A DNA stretch of 64,000 bases from Candidatus Omnitrophota bacterium. GTDB taxonomy: Bacteria; Omnitrophota; Gorgyraeia; Gygaellales; Profunditerraquicolaceae. The notes beneath the pieces were generated by a model. It made no database searches, was not told the origin of the DNA, and saw nothing but the letters and a program-made list of their open reading frames with translations. The translations under genes were made by a program, and so were the position numbers. Of this stretch, positions 55,165 to 63,972 are shown piece by piece (within the stretch, counting starts at the first letter, position 1; each line of letters starts with the position of its first letter). The stretch is from NCBI GenBank assembly GCA_035402765.1, contig DAONDX010000009.1, forward strand, positions 10,350 through 74,349. The letters run 5' to 3'.

Positions 55165-56278
55165 GATAATCTGTTGTTCGGCGGTGATTTTATTAACTTT
55201 TTCTGCCCTTCAAGCTGCGGAAATTCCGCGTAAGGAAAATATGAAAAATAATCCGGCTAAAAATTTAAGTCAAGCTAATTTGGAGAACCCCTTCGGAGTT
55301 TTAGAATTTCTGCATTGGAGCCACTCCTGGAATAATTATAAATATCCCGGTGACCGTGATCTGAAAAAAGCTATTTCTTTAATGCAAAGTGCCGGAGTAG
55401 GCTGGATACGGTTAGATTTTTTATGGGAGGATATTGAGCCGCAGGAGGGCAGGTTTGATTTTGCCAAATATGATAATTTGGTCAAATTGCTTACCGATCG
55501 AGGCATTAATATTTTAGGCATATTGCATTATAGTACCAATTGGGCTTCTTCCTGCGGGGAATGGAACTGCCCTCCTAAAAATAATAAAATATTTGTTAAT
55601 TATGCCGCTCAAGTTATTCAGCGTTATAAGGGTCAGGTTAGCTATTGGGAGGTTTGGAATGAACCGGATTCAGCGATCTATTGGAAACAGCAGGATTGTC
55701 TGAAATCCTATTGTGAGTTATTAAAAGAAGTTTATGTCGCGGCTAAAAAAATCGATCCGGAATGTAAAATTCTAAACGGGGGGATTGCTAACGGATTGGC
55801 CAGTATTAACCATCTGTATGACAATGGGGCTAAAGATTATTTTGATATATTGAACTTGCATTTTTTCGAAAGTCCGCTGCATGGTAAGAATGCTATAAAG
55901 GCGGTGGCTAGTTACCCTAAGCTGGCTTATAAAATAATGGTACGTAACGGGGATGCCCGCAAGAAAATTTGGATTACTGAAATTGGCTGCCCGGGGGTTA
56001 GAGCGGGATTAAAAACTAATAATTGGTGGCTGGGCCAGAATCCTAATGAGCAGCAGCAGGCGGTATGGGTAAAGGAAGTTTATGCTGAATTATTAAAAAA
56101 TCCGCAGGTGGCCAAGATTTTTTGGGCTTTTTTCCGCGATACCAAAAAACATTGGGATAACGGAGTCGATTATTTCGGTTTGGTGCGCTGGGATTACACG
56201 CCTAAGCCTTCTTTTAAAGCCTACAAAAAGTATTTTGGGCAGTGGAAAAGTACGAAAGGAGTTCCATCGGATTCTTGA
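55070..56278 (+). CDS. Clan GH-A glycoside hydrolase (GH5/GH39-like), probably secreted
   Basis: YWEVWNEPD carries the NEP acid/base motif and KIWITEIGC the TE nucleophile motif. A signal-like segment KKLINKIICCSAVILLTFSALQAAE is present. The 5' end overlaps the previous gene by 95 nt, so the start is uncertain. Confidence 0.6.
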   Translation: MFPTGSGWLNRNWGSRLISEIISTLNKKLINKIICCSAVILLTFSALQAAEIPRKENMKNNPAKNLSQANLENPFGVLEFLHWSHSWNNYKYPGDRDLKKAISLMQSAGVGWIRLDFLWEDIEPQEGRFDFAKYDNLVKLLTDRGINILGILHYSTNWASSCGEWNCPPKNNKIFVNYAAQVIQRYKGQVSYWEVWNEPDSAIYWKQQDCLKSYCELLKEVYVAAKKIDPECKILNGGIANGLASINHLYDNGAKDYFDILNLHFFESPLHGKNAIKAVASYPKLAYKIMVRNGDARKKIWITEIGCPGVRAGLKTNNWWLGQNPNEQQQAVWVKEVYAELLKNPQVAKIFWAFFRDTKKHWDNGVDYFGLVRWDYTPKPSFKAYKKYFGQWKSTKGVPSDS

Positions 56279-56417
56279 GTGGGACTTTCCTCAGGACATA
56301 TATGCGGGAGGAGCCCCATCGGATTCTTGAGTGGGACTTTCCTCGGGAGATATATGCGGGAGGAGCCCCATCGGATTCTTAAGTGGGACTTTCCTCGGGA
56401 GATATGTGCGGGAGGAG
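56260..56417. repeat. Three tandem copies of a 52-nt unit abutting the tRNA-Leu 3' end, each carrying the tRNA's 3'-terminal 11 nt
   Basis: The unit is ccccatcggattcttgagtgggactttcctcgggagatatatgcgggaggag, with 2-4 substitutions between copies. The first copy overlaps the GH gene stop and the last merges into the tRNA. Confidence 0.8.
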
Positions 56418-56487
56418 GGAGTTGAACCCTCAAGGGTTTCCCCACACGCTTCTGAGACGTGCGCGTATGCCATTCCGCCACTCCCGC
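56407..56487 (-). tRNA. tRNA-Leu (anticodon CAG), class II with a long variable arm; CCA is not encoded
   Basis: The manually folded cloverleaf has acceptor GCGGGAG/CTCCCGC, D-stem GCG/CGC, anticodon stem CACGT/GCGTG with loop CUCAGAA, a 13-nt variable arm and T-stem GAGGG/CCCTC with loop TTCAACT. Confidence 0.85.
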
Positions 56488-56500
56488 GAAAATCCTCATA

Positions 56501-56529
56501 AGTATATCTTAGCCTTCCTCTTCTGTCAA
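56501..56529 (-). promoter_or_regulatory. Sigma70-type promoter for tRNA-Leu (TTGACA-N17-TATACT on the minus strand)
   Basis: The -10 element ends ~13 nt upstream of the tRNA 5' end. Confidence 0.5.
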
Positions 56530-56616
56530 TTAGTTATCGGGAACTAGCAGATATCGCCTGCTCGAAGGAGGGAACCTTATTTTTCGGGCAGCTTGTTTTA
56601 AATAAATTGCGGCAAG

Positions 56617-56645
56617 GTTTCTTTGCTGTTATAATACTATTTTAA
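56617..56645 (+). promoter_or_regulatory. Sigma70-type promoter (TTGCGG-N17-TATAAT) upstream of the AEC transporter gene
   Basis: The hexamers are spaced 17 nt apart and lie ~35 nt upstream of the ATG. Confidence 0.45.
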
Positions 56646-56679
56646 TAAAACTGGTGTTTTTAAACAAGCGGGGAGGATA

Positions 56680-57636
56680 ATGTTCCTAGAACAATTCAAA
56701 ATTACAGGCCTGGCAATGGTCCAGATATTTATTTTAGGCGCGCTGGGTTATATTTTAGTTAGGAAAAATATACTTTCCCATGGAGGCTTGGAGGCCTTAA
56801 GCCGCCTGGTTATCCAGATAATTTTTCCGGCTTTGGTTTTTGCTCAGATGCTCAAAGGTTTTACTTTCAGCCTGTATCCTGATTGGTGGATTTTTCCTCT
56901 GGTCAGCCTGGTGATTACCCTGGCGGGTCTGGTTGTCGGTTGGCTGCTGCTTAAAATTTCGGGGTTAAAAAACCATAAACTGCAGTTTTTGAGTTTAGTG
57001 GCCTTTCAGAATTCCGGGTATCTTCCTTTAGCCATGGCCGCGGCAATCTTTACGGGCCAGCAGGCCAGTGACATATTTATTTTTATCTTTTTGTTTTTGT
57101 TAGGTTTTGATTTAGTGGCCTGGTCATTAGGTATTTATATGCTTACTTATGAAAAACACATTAAATTCCGGCTGCGCAGCTTGTTTAGTCCGCCGGTAAT
57201 TGCGAATTTAACCAGTTTAATTTTAATTGCTTTGGGGTTAAATAAATTTATTCCTGAGGTTGTATTTAAACCTTTAACCATGGTGGGCAACTGTACGCTT
57301 CCTTTGGCAATGTTAGTGGTCGGAGGCAATGTGGCTTTAGTCGAGCTTAAGCATATTGATAAAAAAACCACGTTGATATTATTATTGGGAAAATTAATTA
57401 TTCTCCCGGCGCTGGGTATAGCACTGGTGTTAAAATTTGGCTTACCGTATTTATTGGGTTTTTTGATCGTAATGCAGCTGGCGATGCCTTCGGCAACTTC
57501 TTTATCCGTAATTATCCGGCGTTTTAACAAGCATGACGCTTTGATCAGCCAGGGGATATTTTTCAGCCATGTTATCGGATTGTTTACCATACCCTTATTT
57601 TTAAGTTTATATTTATACTTGGTTATGCTAAAATGA
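56680..57636 (+). CDS. AEC-family (auxin efflux carrier / malate permease-like) membrane transporter
   Basis: It has ~10 TM helices and AEC-family sequence features. Confidence 0.7.
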   Translation: MFLEQFKITGLAMVQIFILGALGYILVRKNILSHGGLEALSRLVIQIIFPALVFAQMLKGFTFSLYPDWWIFPLVSLVITLAGLVVGWLLLKISGLKNHKLQFLSLVAFQNSGYLPLAMAAAIFTGQQASDIFIFIFLFLLGFDLVAWSLGIYMLTYEKHIKFRLRSLFSPPVIANLTSLILIALGLNKFIPEVVFKPLTMVGNCTLPLAMLVVGGNVALVELKHIDKKTTLILLLGKLIILPALGIALVLKFGLPYLLGFLIVMQLAMPSATSLSVIIRRFNKHDALISQGIFFSHVIGLFTIPLFLSLYLYLVMLK

Positions 57637-58088
57637 GCAATATTATTGCCACTAACCGTAAGGCTTACCGGGACTATGAGGTGTTGGAGTCTTTAGAGTG
57701 CGGTATTGAATTAAAAGGCTCCGAAGTGAAGTCTTTACGCGCAGCCAGAATTAATTTGAATGATAGTTTTGCCCGTTTTGAGGAGCGGGAGATCTTTTTA
57801 TATAACGCGCATATCAGCCAATACGCGCAAGCCAGCTATCTAAATGTTAATTCGGACAGGATCCGGAAACTGCTTTTACACAAGAATCAGATTGAAAGAA
57901 TCAACGGTAAACTTACCCAAAAAGGTCTGACCTTAATTCCATTAAAAATTTATTTTAATGAACGGGGTTTCGCGAAAATAGAGCTTGGGCTTTGTAAAGG
58001 TAAAAAACTTTATGATAAGCGGGAAGATATTAAGCGCAGGGAAACGGATAAACAGCTGCGCCGGGTGATCAAGAATCGAAGAGGCTAA
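57633..58088 (+). CDS. smpB: SsrA-binding protein
   Basis: It matches the SmpB family (NRKAYRDYEV...GIELKGSEVKSLR) and is followed directly by tmRNA. Confidence 0.9.
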   Translation: MSNIIATNRKAYRDYEVLESLECGIELKGSEVKSLRAARINLNDSFARFEEREIFLYNAHISQYAQASYLNVNSDRIRKLLLHKNQIERINGKLTQKGLTLIPLKIYFNERGFAKIELGLCKGKKLYDKREDIKRRETDKQLRRVIKNRRG

Positions 58089-58122
58089 AGGAAGTTTTCC
58101 GGGCATTGTTATTTGATAATTT

Positions 58123-58520
58123 GGGGGTGAAAGGGTTCGACTTAAGATATGTCGGATAAAAGCAGCATGCCGCGGATGTAAGGTTAGCCGCGTTAACAAT
58201 CCTTGCACAATATAAACGCAAACACGACAGTGTTCAACCGCCTAGCACCAATGGCAACATTGATGCCAGCGGGCGTACCAGCCTTAGCGTTTAATTAAAC
58301 GCTAAGCCCCTGACTGTCCTGCCTACGGGATAGATTAGGGCTCAAGTAGGATAGTTCCGGCGGTTAGCCTTCCAAACCGGAGCGAAATCGAAAAGGCTGC
58401 CGTTTGCAAATCCTGCCGGGTAGGAGTTGCAAAACTAAGTGTTAAATTACCGGGCTAAGCATGTAGCGGCTTCTATGCGATTACTTAAGGACGGCGGTCC
58501 AATTCCGCCCACCTCCACCA
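58123..58520 (+). ncRNA. ssrA: tmRNA (transfer-messenger RNA, SsrA)
   Basis: The 5' GGGGGTGAAAGGGTTCGAC pairs with the 3' GGCGGTCCAATTCCGCCCACCTCCACCA (T-arm and acceptor, with encoded CCA). A candidate resume codon GCA at 58218 (tag starts AN...) lies before the stop in the AGCGTTTAATTAAACGCT hairpin. The position directly after smpB supports the call. Confidence 0.8.
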
Positions 58521-58541
58521 AAATTTTATGAATTTTTCACA

Positions 58542-59624
58542 ATGATTAAAAAATTAAATATACTATTCTTCTTAACGATACTTTTCTTTTCCGGATGCGT
58601 GACTGTTCCTACGGGTGAGAATATTGCGTCTTATTCCATTGACGGGGTAACTTATTATCCTCTGGTTACTTTATGCGATTTACGTTCGGTCTCGATGCAG
58701 TATGATCCGATTTTGCGTACCGCTTATTTAAGCAAGGATGCTCAGCACGTAAGTTTACGGATTGGCGATGCTTTGGTCTTGGTTAATGATAATGCCCTGC
58801 ATTTGAATTCTCCGGTGGATGTTTACCAGGGCGCAATTGCGGTACCCCGTCAATTTAAGGAGCAGGTTTTTGACTTGTTGTTTAGAAAAACTACCTTTGT
58901 GCATCGTCGTCCGGGAGCGGGGAAAATAAAATTAAAAAAGGTCGTCATTGATCCCGGACATGGAGGCAATGACCCCGGAGCCTTGAGTAGAAGCGGGCTC
59001 AGAGAAAAGAATGTAAACTTAGATATTGCAAAAAAATTAAGCGCTCTTTTGAGGGCCGAAGGGGTGCAAACTGTGCTTACCCGTTCAACGGATAAGTTTA
59101 TCCCGCTTTCTTCGCGGGTGAGTATTGCCAACCGTTCCGGAGCGGATTTGTTTATCAGTATTCATTCTAATGCCGCCCGTTCGCGTTCTTTATCGGGATT
59201 TGAAGTTTATTATGTCGCTCCCAGCGTGAGCGATTCTAAGCGCGCTGCTTTTACCGCGCGCAGTACCTCTTTGAATCTAAAAGATACTGTTTTTTCCAGT
59301 GATACCCAGGATTTAAAAGCGATTATCTGGGATATGATCTATACTAATAGCCGGGCAGAGTCAATTGAACTGGCGCGTTCTTTATGTAGAATCATGGATT
59401 CTAATATTGACGCTAATATTCTGGGAGTAAAGAATGCCCGTTTTCAGGTATTAAAGGGGATTACTATGCCGGGGATATTAGTAGAGGTGGGTTTTCTCTC
59501 TAATGCAAATGAAGAAAGACTGTTAAGAACCGATGCCTATCGGGAAAAATTAGCGGTAGGCATATTAGAAGGGATCAGGGATTATTCGCAGGATATGGCT
59601 TTAGTGGAGATGACCTCAAGATAG
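58542..59624 (+). CDS. amiC: N-acetylmuramoyl-L-alanine amidase (Amidase_3 family) lipoprotein
   Basis: A lipoprotein signal FFSGC is followed by an N-terminal AMIN-like domain and a catalytic domain VVIDPGHGGNDPGA. Confidence 0.8.
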   Translation: MIKKLNILFFLTILFFSGCVTVPTGENIASYSIDGVTYYPLVTLCDLRSVSMQYDPILRTAYLSKDAQHVSLRIGDALVLVNDNALHLNSPVDVYQGAIAVPRQFKEQVFDLLFRKTTFVHRRPGAGKIKLKKVVIDPGHGGNDPGALSRSGLREKNVNLDIAKKLSALLRAEGVQTVLTRSTDKFIPLSSRVSIANRSGADLFISIHSNAARSRSLSGFEVYYVAPSVSDSKRAAFTARSTSLNLKDTVFSSDTQDLKAIIWDMIYTNSRAESIELARSLCRIMDSNIDANILGVKNARFQVLKGITMPGILVEVGFLSNANEERLLRTDAYREKLAVGILEGIRDYSQDMALVEMTSR

Positions 59625-59687
59625 CCCGGTTTAATGCCGTGCGTTTTTAAGCTTAAGGCTTAATGTATAAGAAAGAGAGTATATAGC

Positions 59688-60479
59688 ATGAGCGCGATTG
59701 GAGTTTTTGATTCTGGTGTAGGCGGGCTTACCGTAGCCAGGGAAATAATCCGTCAGCTTCCTGATGAGAATATAATTTATTTTGGTGATACTGCCCGGGT
59801 TCCTTACGGCATTAAATCTCCTCAAACCGTGGTGCGTTTGTCTATCGAAAATATTCTATTTTTATTAAAACATGATGTTAAACTGATTTGCGTGGCTTGT
59901 AATACTGCTTCCAGTTTTGCTCTTCCGGTCATTAAAAATAATTTTCGTGTGCCGGTTATCGGTGTGATTACTCCCGGAGCCAGAGAGGCAGTTTATGCCT
60001 CGCAAAATAAACGGATTGGAGTAATCGGAACTAAAGGTACGATTAAGAGCCGTACCTATGAAATAGAAATTAAGCAGCTTGATCCTAAAGTTAAGGTTAC
60101 GGCGGTAGCTTGCCCATTATTTGTTCCTTTTGTCGAAGAAGGCTGGCTCTCTGGAGAAGTAGTCCTGAGCGTAGCCAGAAAATATTTAGCCCCGCTGCGC
60201 CGGGCCGGGGTGGACACGGTAATTTTGGGCTGTACGCATTATCCTTTACTCAAGCCGGTAATTCAGGAGATCCTGGGGAAAAAAGTTACGTTAATTGATT
60301 CGGCCAAACAGGTAGCTTTTGAAATTAAAAAGATCTTAGTGAGTGAAGATCTGCTTAACCGCGGTAAAGGCGGCCGGCATAAATTTTATGTCAGCGATAA
60401 TCCGGAATGGTTTAGTTCGCTGGCGCAGAGATTCATGGGCAAAAAATTAATGCAAGTGAGAAAGGTGGACAATGTATAG
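59688..60479 (+). CDS. murI: Glutamate racemase
   Basis: VFDSGVGGLTV and CNTAS with GCTHYP mark the two catalytic Cys. Confidence 0.9.
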   Translation: MSAIGVFDSGVGGLTVAREIIRQLPDENIIYFGDTARVPYGIKSPQTVVRLSIENILFLLKHDVKLICVACNTASSFALPVIKNNFRVPVIGVITPGAREAVYASQNKRIGVIGTKGTIKSRTYEIEIKQLDPKVKVTAVACPLFVPFVEEGWLSGEVVLSVARKYLAPLRRAGVDTVILGCTHYPLLKPVIQEILGKKVTLIDSAKQVAFEIKKILVSEDLLNRGKGGRHKFYVSDNPEWFSSLAQRFMGKKLMQVRKVDNV

Positions 60480-60828
60480 TTTAAAAGTGCAAGGTACTTT
60501 CAGTTCTGCGCATAATCTCAGGGGATATAAAGGCAAATGTGAGGATTTGCATGGCCACAATTGGCTAGTGGAAATCATTGTTAAATCCGCAGAGCTTGAT
60601 GATATCGGTATGGTTTTAGATTTTAAACTCCTCAAGAAGAAACTCAACGCCTGTTTAGAGGAAATGGATCATCAATACCTCAATAAGTTAGATTATTTTA
60701 AAAAGATTAATCCGACATCCGAGAATATCGCTAAATATATCTATAAACAACTTAAAACCCGAATTCCTTTACTGAGCTGCGTGACGGTTTGGGAAAATAG
60801 TTCAAGCAGCGCTAATTATGAAGAATAA
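60472..60828 (+). CDS. queD: 6-carboxy-5,6,7,8-tetrahydropterin synthase
   Basis: The PTPS fold is present with the zinc motif CEDLHGHNW. Confidence 0.85.
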   Translation: MYSLKVQGTFSSAHNLRGYKGKCEDLHGHNWLVEIIVKSAELDDIGMVLDFKLLKKKLNACLEEMDHQYLNKLDYFKKINPTSENIAKYIYKQLKTRIPLLSCVTVWENSSSSANYEE

Positions 60829-61477
60829 AGTTTCTAAAAGGGCGGTCGTGCTTTTGTCGGGGGGTTTGGATTCGGCTACGGCGTTATATTCTGCCAAAGC
60901 TTGCGGGTTTGACTGCCAGGTTTTAATTTTTGACTACGGTCAAAGACATAAACAAGAAATAACCCGGGCGGTGAAGATCGCCCGAGCCTGCGGTTGCTTT
61001 TACAAAATTCTTAAGATTAATTTTCCCTGGAAGGGGTCGGCGCTTTTAGATAAAAAAATTAAAGTGCCTGAAGAAATCTCTTCCGGAATCCCGGCGACCT
61101 ATGTGCCGGGGCGTAATATTATATTTTTAAGTTTTGCTTTATCCATGGCTGAAGCAACCGGCGCCGGAGCGATCTTTATCGGTGCGCATGCTCAAGACTA
61201 CTCGGGTTATCCTGATTGCCGGCCGGATTTTTTTAAGGCTTTTATCAAAATGGCCGCAAAAGGGATCGCCGCGAAACATAAAATCCGGATTCTTGCTCCT
61301 TTATTAAGAAAGAGCAAAGCTCAGATTATCAAATTAGGTGCTAAACTGGGTGTGCCTTTTAATTTAACCTGGTCATGTTACCGCGCCGGGAGGAAGCCTT
61401 GCGGAAAATGCGATAGCTGTTATTACCGGGCTAAAGGCTTTAAAGAGGCCGGTTTAGCCGATCCATTAACCAGTTAA
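60818..61477 (+). CDS. queC: 7-cyano-7-deazaguanine synthase
   Basis: PP-loop VVLLSGGLDS is present with a C-terminal Cys cluster CGKCDSC. Confidence 0.9.
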   Translation: MKNKVSKRAVVLLSGGLDSATALYSAKACGFDCQVLIFDYGQRHKQEITRAVKIARACGCFYKILKINFPWKGSALLDKKIKVPEEISSGIPATYVPGRNIIFLSFALSMAEATGAGAIFIGAHAQDYSGYPDCRPDFFKAFIKMAAKGIAAKHKIRILAPLLRKSKAQIIKLGAKLGVPFNLTWSCYRAGRKPCGKCDSCYYRAKGFKEAGLADPLTS

Positions 61478-61557
61478 TGGATCGATATATCTTCTTTGTA
61501 TTTAGAAATTAAGCAGATGCAATGGTCAGGGTAAATTAATTAAGGAGAAAGTGCAGA

Positions 61558-62229
61558 GTGAAAGCCAGGATCAACGAAATATTTGATAGCGTACAGGGAG
61601 AAGGGCTTTATTTGGGAGAGAAACAGATTTTTGTGCGTTTCTTTAACTGTAATCTTAGCTGCGCTTACTGCGATACTAAAATGGACCGGTTTACAGAATA
61701 TGATCCCGGTGAGCTTTTTGAAGAAATCAAGCTTTACCGTGATAAGTACCATTCGATTTCTTTCACCGGCGGCGAGCCGCTTTTATACGCAGATTTTCTA
61801 AAAGAAATCCTTAAGCTTACTTCGGCTTGTGGCCACAAACATTATCTGGAAACTAATGGCACGCTATTTTCTGAATTGGAACAGCTGATTGACCGGATCG
61901 ATATTATTGCGATGGATCTAAAGTTTCCCAGTTCAAGCGGGATGGGTAATCTCTGGAATTTGCACAGGAAGTTTTTAAAAATTGCCGCCAAAAAAGAAGT
62001 GTTCCTTAAGGCGATCATTTGTCAGTCAACCTATGAAGAGGATTTACGGGAAGGGCTGGCGATAATTAAAGAGATCAGTCCGGCCAGTGTTTTGGTTTTG
62101 CAGCCGAACAGTTATGAGAATCAGACTGTCTTACATGAAAAATTATTAAATTTTAAAGAGATTGCTAACCGGCAAGGGGTGATGACTTGTGTTATCCCCC
62201 AGATCCACAAAATAATGGGGTTACGATGA
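61558..62229 (+). CDS. queE: 7-carboxy-7-deazaguanine synthase (radical SAM)
   Basis: CNLSCAYCDT is present. It has a GTG start after RBS AAGGAGAAAG. Confidence 0.85.
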   Translation: MKARINEIFDSVQGEGLYLGEKQIFVRFFNCNLSCAYCDTKMDRFTEYDPGELFEEIKLYRDKYHSISFTGGEPLLYADFLKEILKLTSACGHKHYLETNGTLFSELEQLIDRIDIIAMDLKFPSSSGMGNLWNLHRKFLKIAAKKEVFLKAIICQSTYEEDLREGLAIIKEISPASVLVLQPNSYENQTVLHEKLLNFKEIANRQGVMTCVIPQIHKIMGLR

Positions 62230-62621
62230 AAAATAAATCTGATTATGAAGGTTTGCAAAATAATGTCCGGAAATTAAAGACTCCGGAAATCGAGGTCTGG
62301 CGGAATCAGTATGCGGATAAGCTTTATATGATTAATCTGGACATCCCGGAGTTTACTTGTATTTGCCCCAAGACCGGTTTACCGGATTTCGCGGTTATCC
62401 GCATCGAGTATTCTCCGAACAAATTCTGTGTCGAATTGAAATCTTTTAAACTTTATACCATAGCTTTCCGCAACATTGGTATTTTTCATGAGCACTTGAT
62501 TAACAAAATGCTTGAGGATTTTGTAAGTTCCGTCAAACCGCGCTGGGTAAAGATTAGCGGGATTTTTAATCCCCGCGGAGGAATTACGACTACGGTATCT
62601 GCGGAATATAAAACCAGATGA
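62226..62621 (+). CDS. queF: NADPH-dependent 7-cyano-7-deazaguanine reductase (unimodular YkvM type)
   Basis: The catalytic Cys lies in ICPKTGLPDF and the QueF motif E(S/L)K(S/A)hK(L/Y) matches ELKSFKLY. Confidence 0.85.
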   Translation: MKNKSDYEGLQNNVRKLKTPEIEVWRNQYADKLYMINLDIPEFTCICPKTGLPDFAVIRIEYSPNKFCVELKSFKLYTIAFRNIGIFHEHLINKMLEDFVSSVKPRWVKISGIFNPRGGITTTVSAEYKTR

Positions 62622-63439
62622 GACAATTAAAAGCCAAAGCGATAACCCAAGCGATTGTCGAATTAGTAAAACGTGCTAATTTCTTTCTGCGTAAAGATGT
62701 CCTGTTTGCCCTGCGCCAGGCGAATTTGCGTGAAAAAAACAGGCGGGCAAAAACTATTCTCAAGGCGATATTGGATAATGCTGCTTATGCGCGAAAAGAA
62801 AATCTGGCGATCTGCCAGGATACAGGCATGCCGGTAGTTTTTGTGCAGGTCGGTCAGGATTTAAAGATATCCGGAAATCTGAAAGCGGCGATTAATCAAG
62901 GTATCGCAGCCGGGTATAAGAAATATGCTTTAAGAAATTCTATCGTTAGCGATCCTTTGCAAAGAGGGAAGCCCGGATTTTCTCCCTGTGTTATACACGC
63001 TGATATTGTTTCGGGCAATAAAATAAAATTAACTTTATTACCCAAAGGTTTTGGCTGTGAGAATAAATCGCTCCTTAAAATGTTTAAGCCGACCGCCAGC
63101 TTAGCTGAGATTAAGCAATTTATTATTGAGGCAGTCAAGAGCGCCGGGCCGGATGCCTGTCCACCGTATATCATCGGAGTAGGTATTGGAGGTACGGCGG
63201 ATTATGCAGCGCAGATGTCTAAAAAAGCTTTACTGATTAAATTGTCAGCCAAACACTCAAAGCTGGAGAAAGATTTATTAAAACAAATTAATCAAACCGG
63301 TCTGGGGCCTATGGGATTGGGTGGCAAGACTACGGCTTTAGCGGTGAATATTCTGACTTACCCTACGCATATCGCCGGGTTACCGGTTAGCGTAAATATC
63401 AGCTGTCATGCTTTAAGGAGCGCGGAAATAGTTTTATGA
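62618..63439 (+). CDS. Fe-S hydro-lyase alpha subunit (class I fumarate hydratase / L(+)-tartrate dehydratase family)
   Basis: CQDTGMPVVFV is present, as in the FumA N-terminal / TtdA family. Confidence 0.8.
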   Translation: MRQLKAKAITQAIVELVKRANFFLRKDVLFALRQANLREKNRRAKTILKAILDNAAYARKENLAICQDTGMPVVFVQVGQDLKISGNLKAAINQGIAAGYKKYALRNSIVSDPLQRGKPGFSPCVIHADIVSGNKIKLTLLPKGFGCENKSLLKMFKPTASLAEIKQFIIEAVKSAGPDACPPYIIGVGIGGTADYAAQMSKKALLIKLSAKHSKLEKDLLKQINQTGLGPMGLGGKTTALAVNILTYPTHIAGLPVSVNISCHALRSAEIVL

Positions 63440-63972
63440 AAATAATAAATACGCCGTTAGATTTTAATAAAATCAAGTTTTTAAAAGCCGGGCAGGAGGT
63501 ACTGTTAAGCGGAACGATTTATACTGCCCGGGATCAAGCGCATAAAAAGTTAGTTCAGGGGATCCAGGCGCGCCAAACCCTGCCTTTTAATCTGGTTGAT
63601 GCGGTTATTTACTATTGCGGTCCTACGCAAACTCCCCGCGGTAAGGTCATCGGTTCTTGCGGCCCGACGACCAGCTCACGCATGGATACTTTTACAGGTT
63701 CTATGCTGGCTAAGGGTTTAAGGGGGATGATCGGTAAAGGCAGCCGTTCTGTTGAAGTCAGGAACGCAATTAAGAAGCATAAGGGGATTTATTTTGTCAC
63801 GTATGCCGGATGCGGCGCTTTATTAAGTAAATATGTTAAGTGCGCTCAACAGATTGCTTATGGTGAATTGGGGCCGGAGGCGGTTTTTAAATTGGAAGTT
63901 GAGAACTTTCCTTTGATCGTAGCGATTGATTATTCAGGAAACGATATTTATAAAGGGACAAGCGCCCTATAG
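63436..63972 (+). CDS. Fe-S hydro-lyase beta subunit (class I fumarate hydratase / tartrate dehydratase family)
   Basis: It matches the FumA C-terminal / TtdB family and overlaps the alpha-subunit stop. Confidence 0.8.
   Translation: MKIINTPLDFNKIKFLKAGQEVLLSGTIYTARDQAHKKLVQGIQARQTLPFNLVDAVIYYCGPTQTPRGKVIGSCGPTTSSRMDTFTGSMLAKGLRGMIGKGSRSVEVRNAIKKHKGIYFVTYAGCGALLSKYVKCAQQIAYGELGPEAVFKLEVENFPLIVAIDYSGNDIYKGTSAL

Noticed and set aside
56260-56417. Possible CRISPR array
   Set aside because: Only three units are present, with no unique spacers: the whole 52-nt unit repeats. No cas genes are present. The repeat is tied to the tRNA 3' end, so it is a tandem direct repeat and not CRISPR.
56221-56499. 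Minus-strand ORFs of 92 aa and 60 aa overlapping the tandem repeats and the tRNA
   Set aside because: The reading frames are produced by the 52-nt repeat periodicity (repeated PRKVPLKNPMGLLPHI peptide) and run through the tRNA-Leu gene. They are treated as artefacts of the repeat.
61478-61557. preQ1 riboswitch upstream of queE / the que cluster
   Set aside because: No preQ1-I/II consensus was found (a short hairpin followed by an A-rich tail with CUAGCUA-like loop). The spacer has only an RBS and a GTG start.
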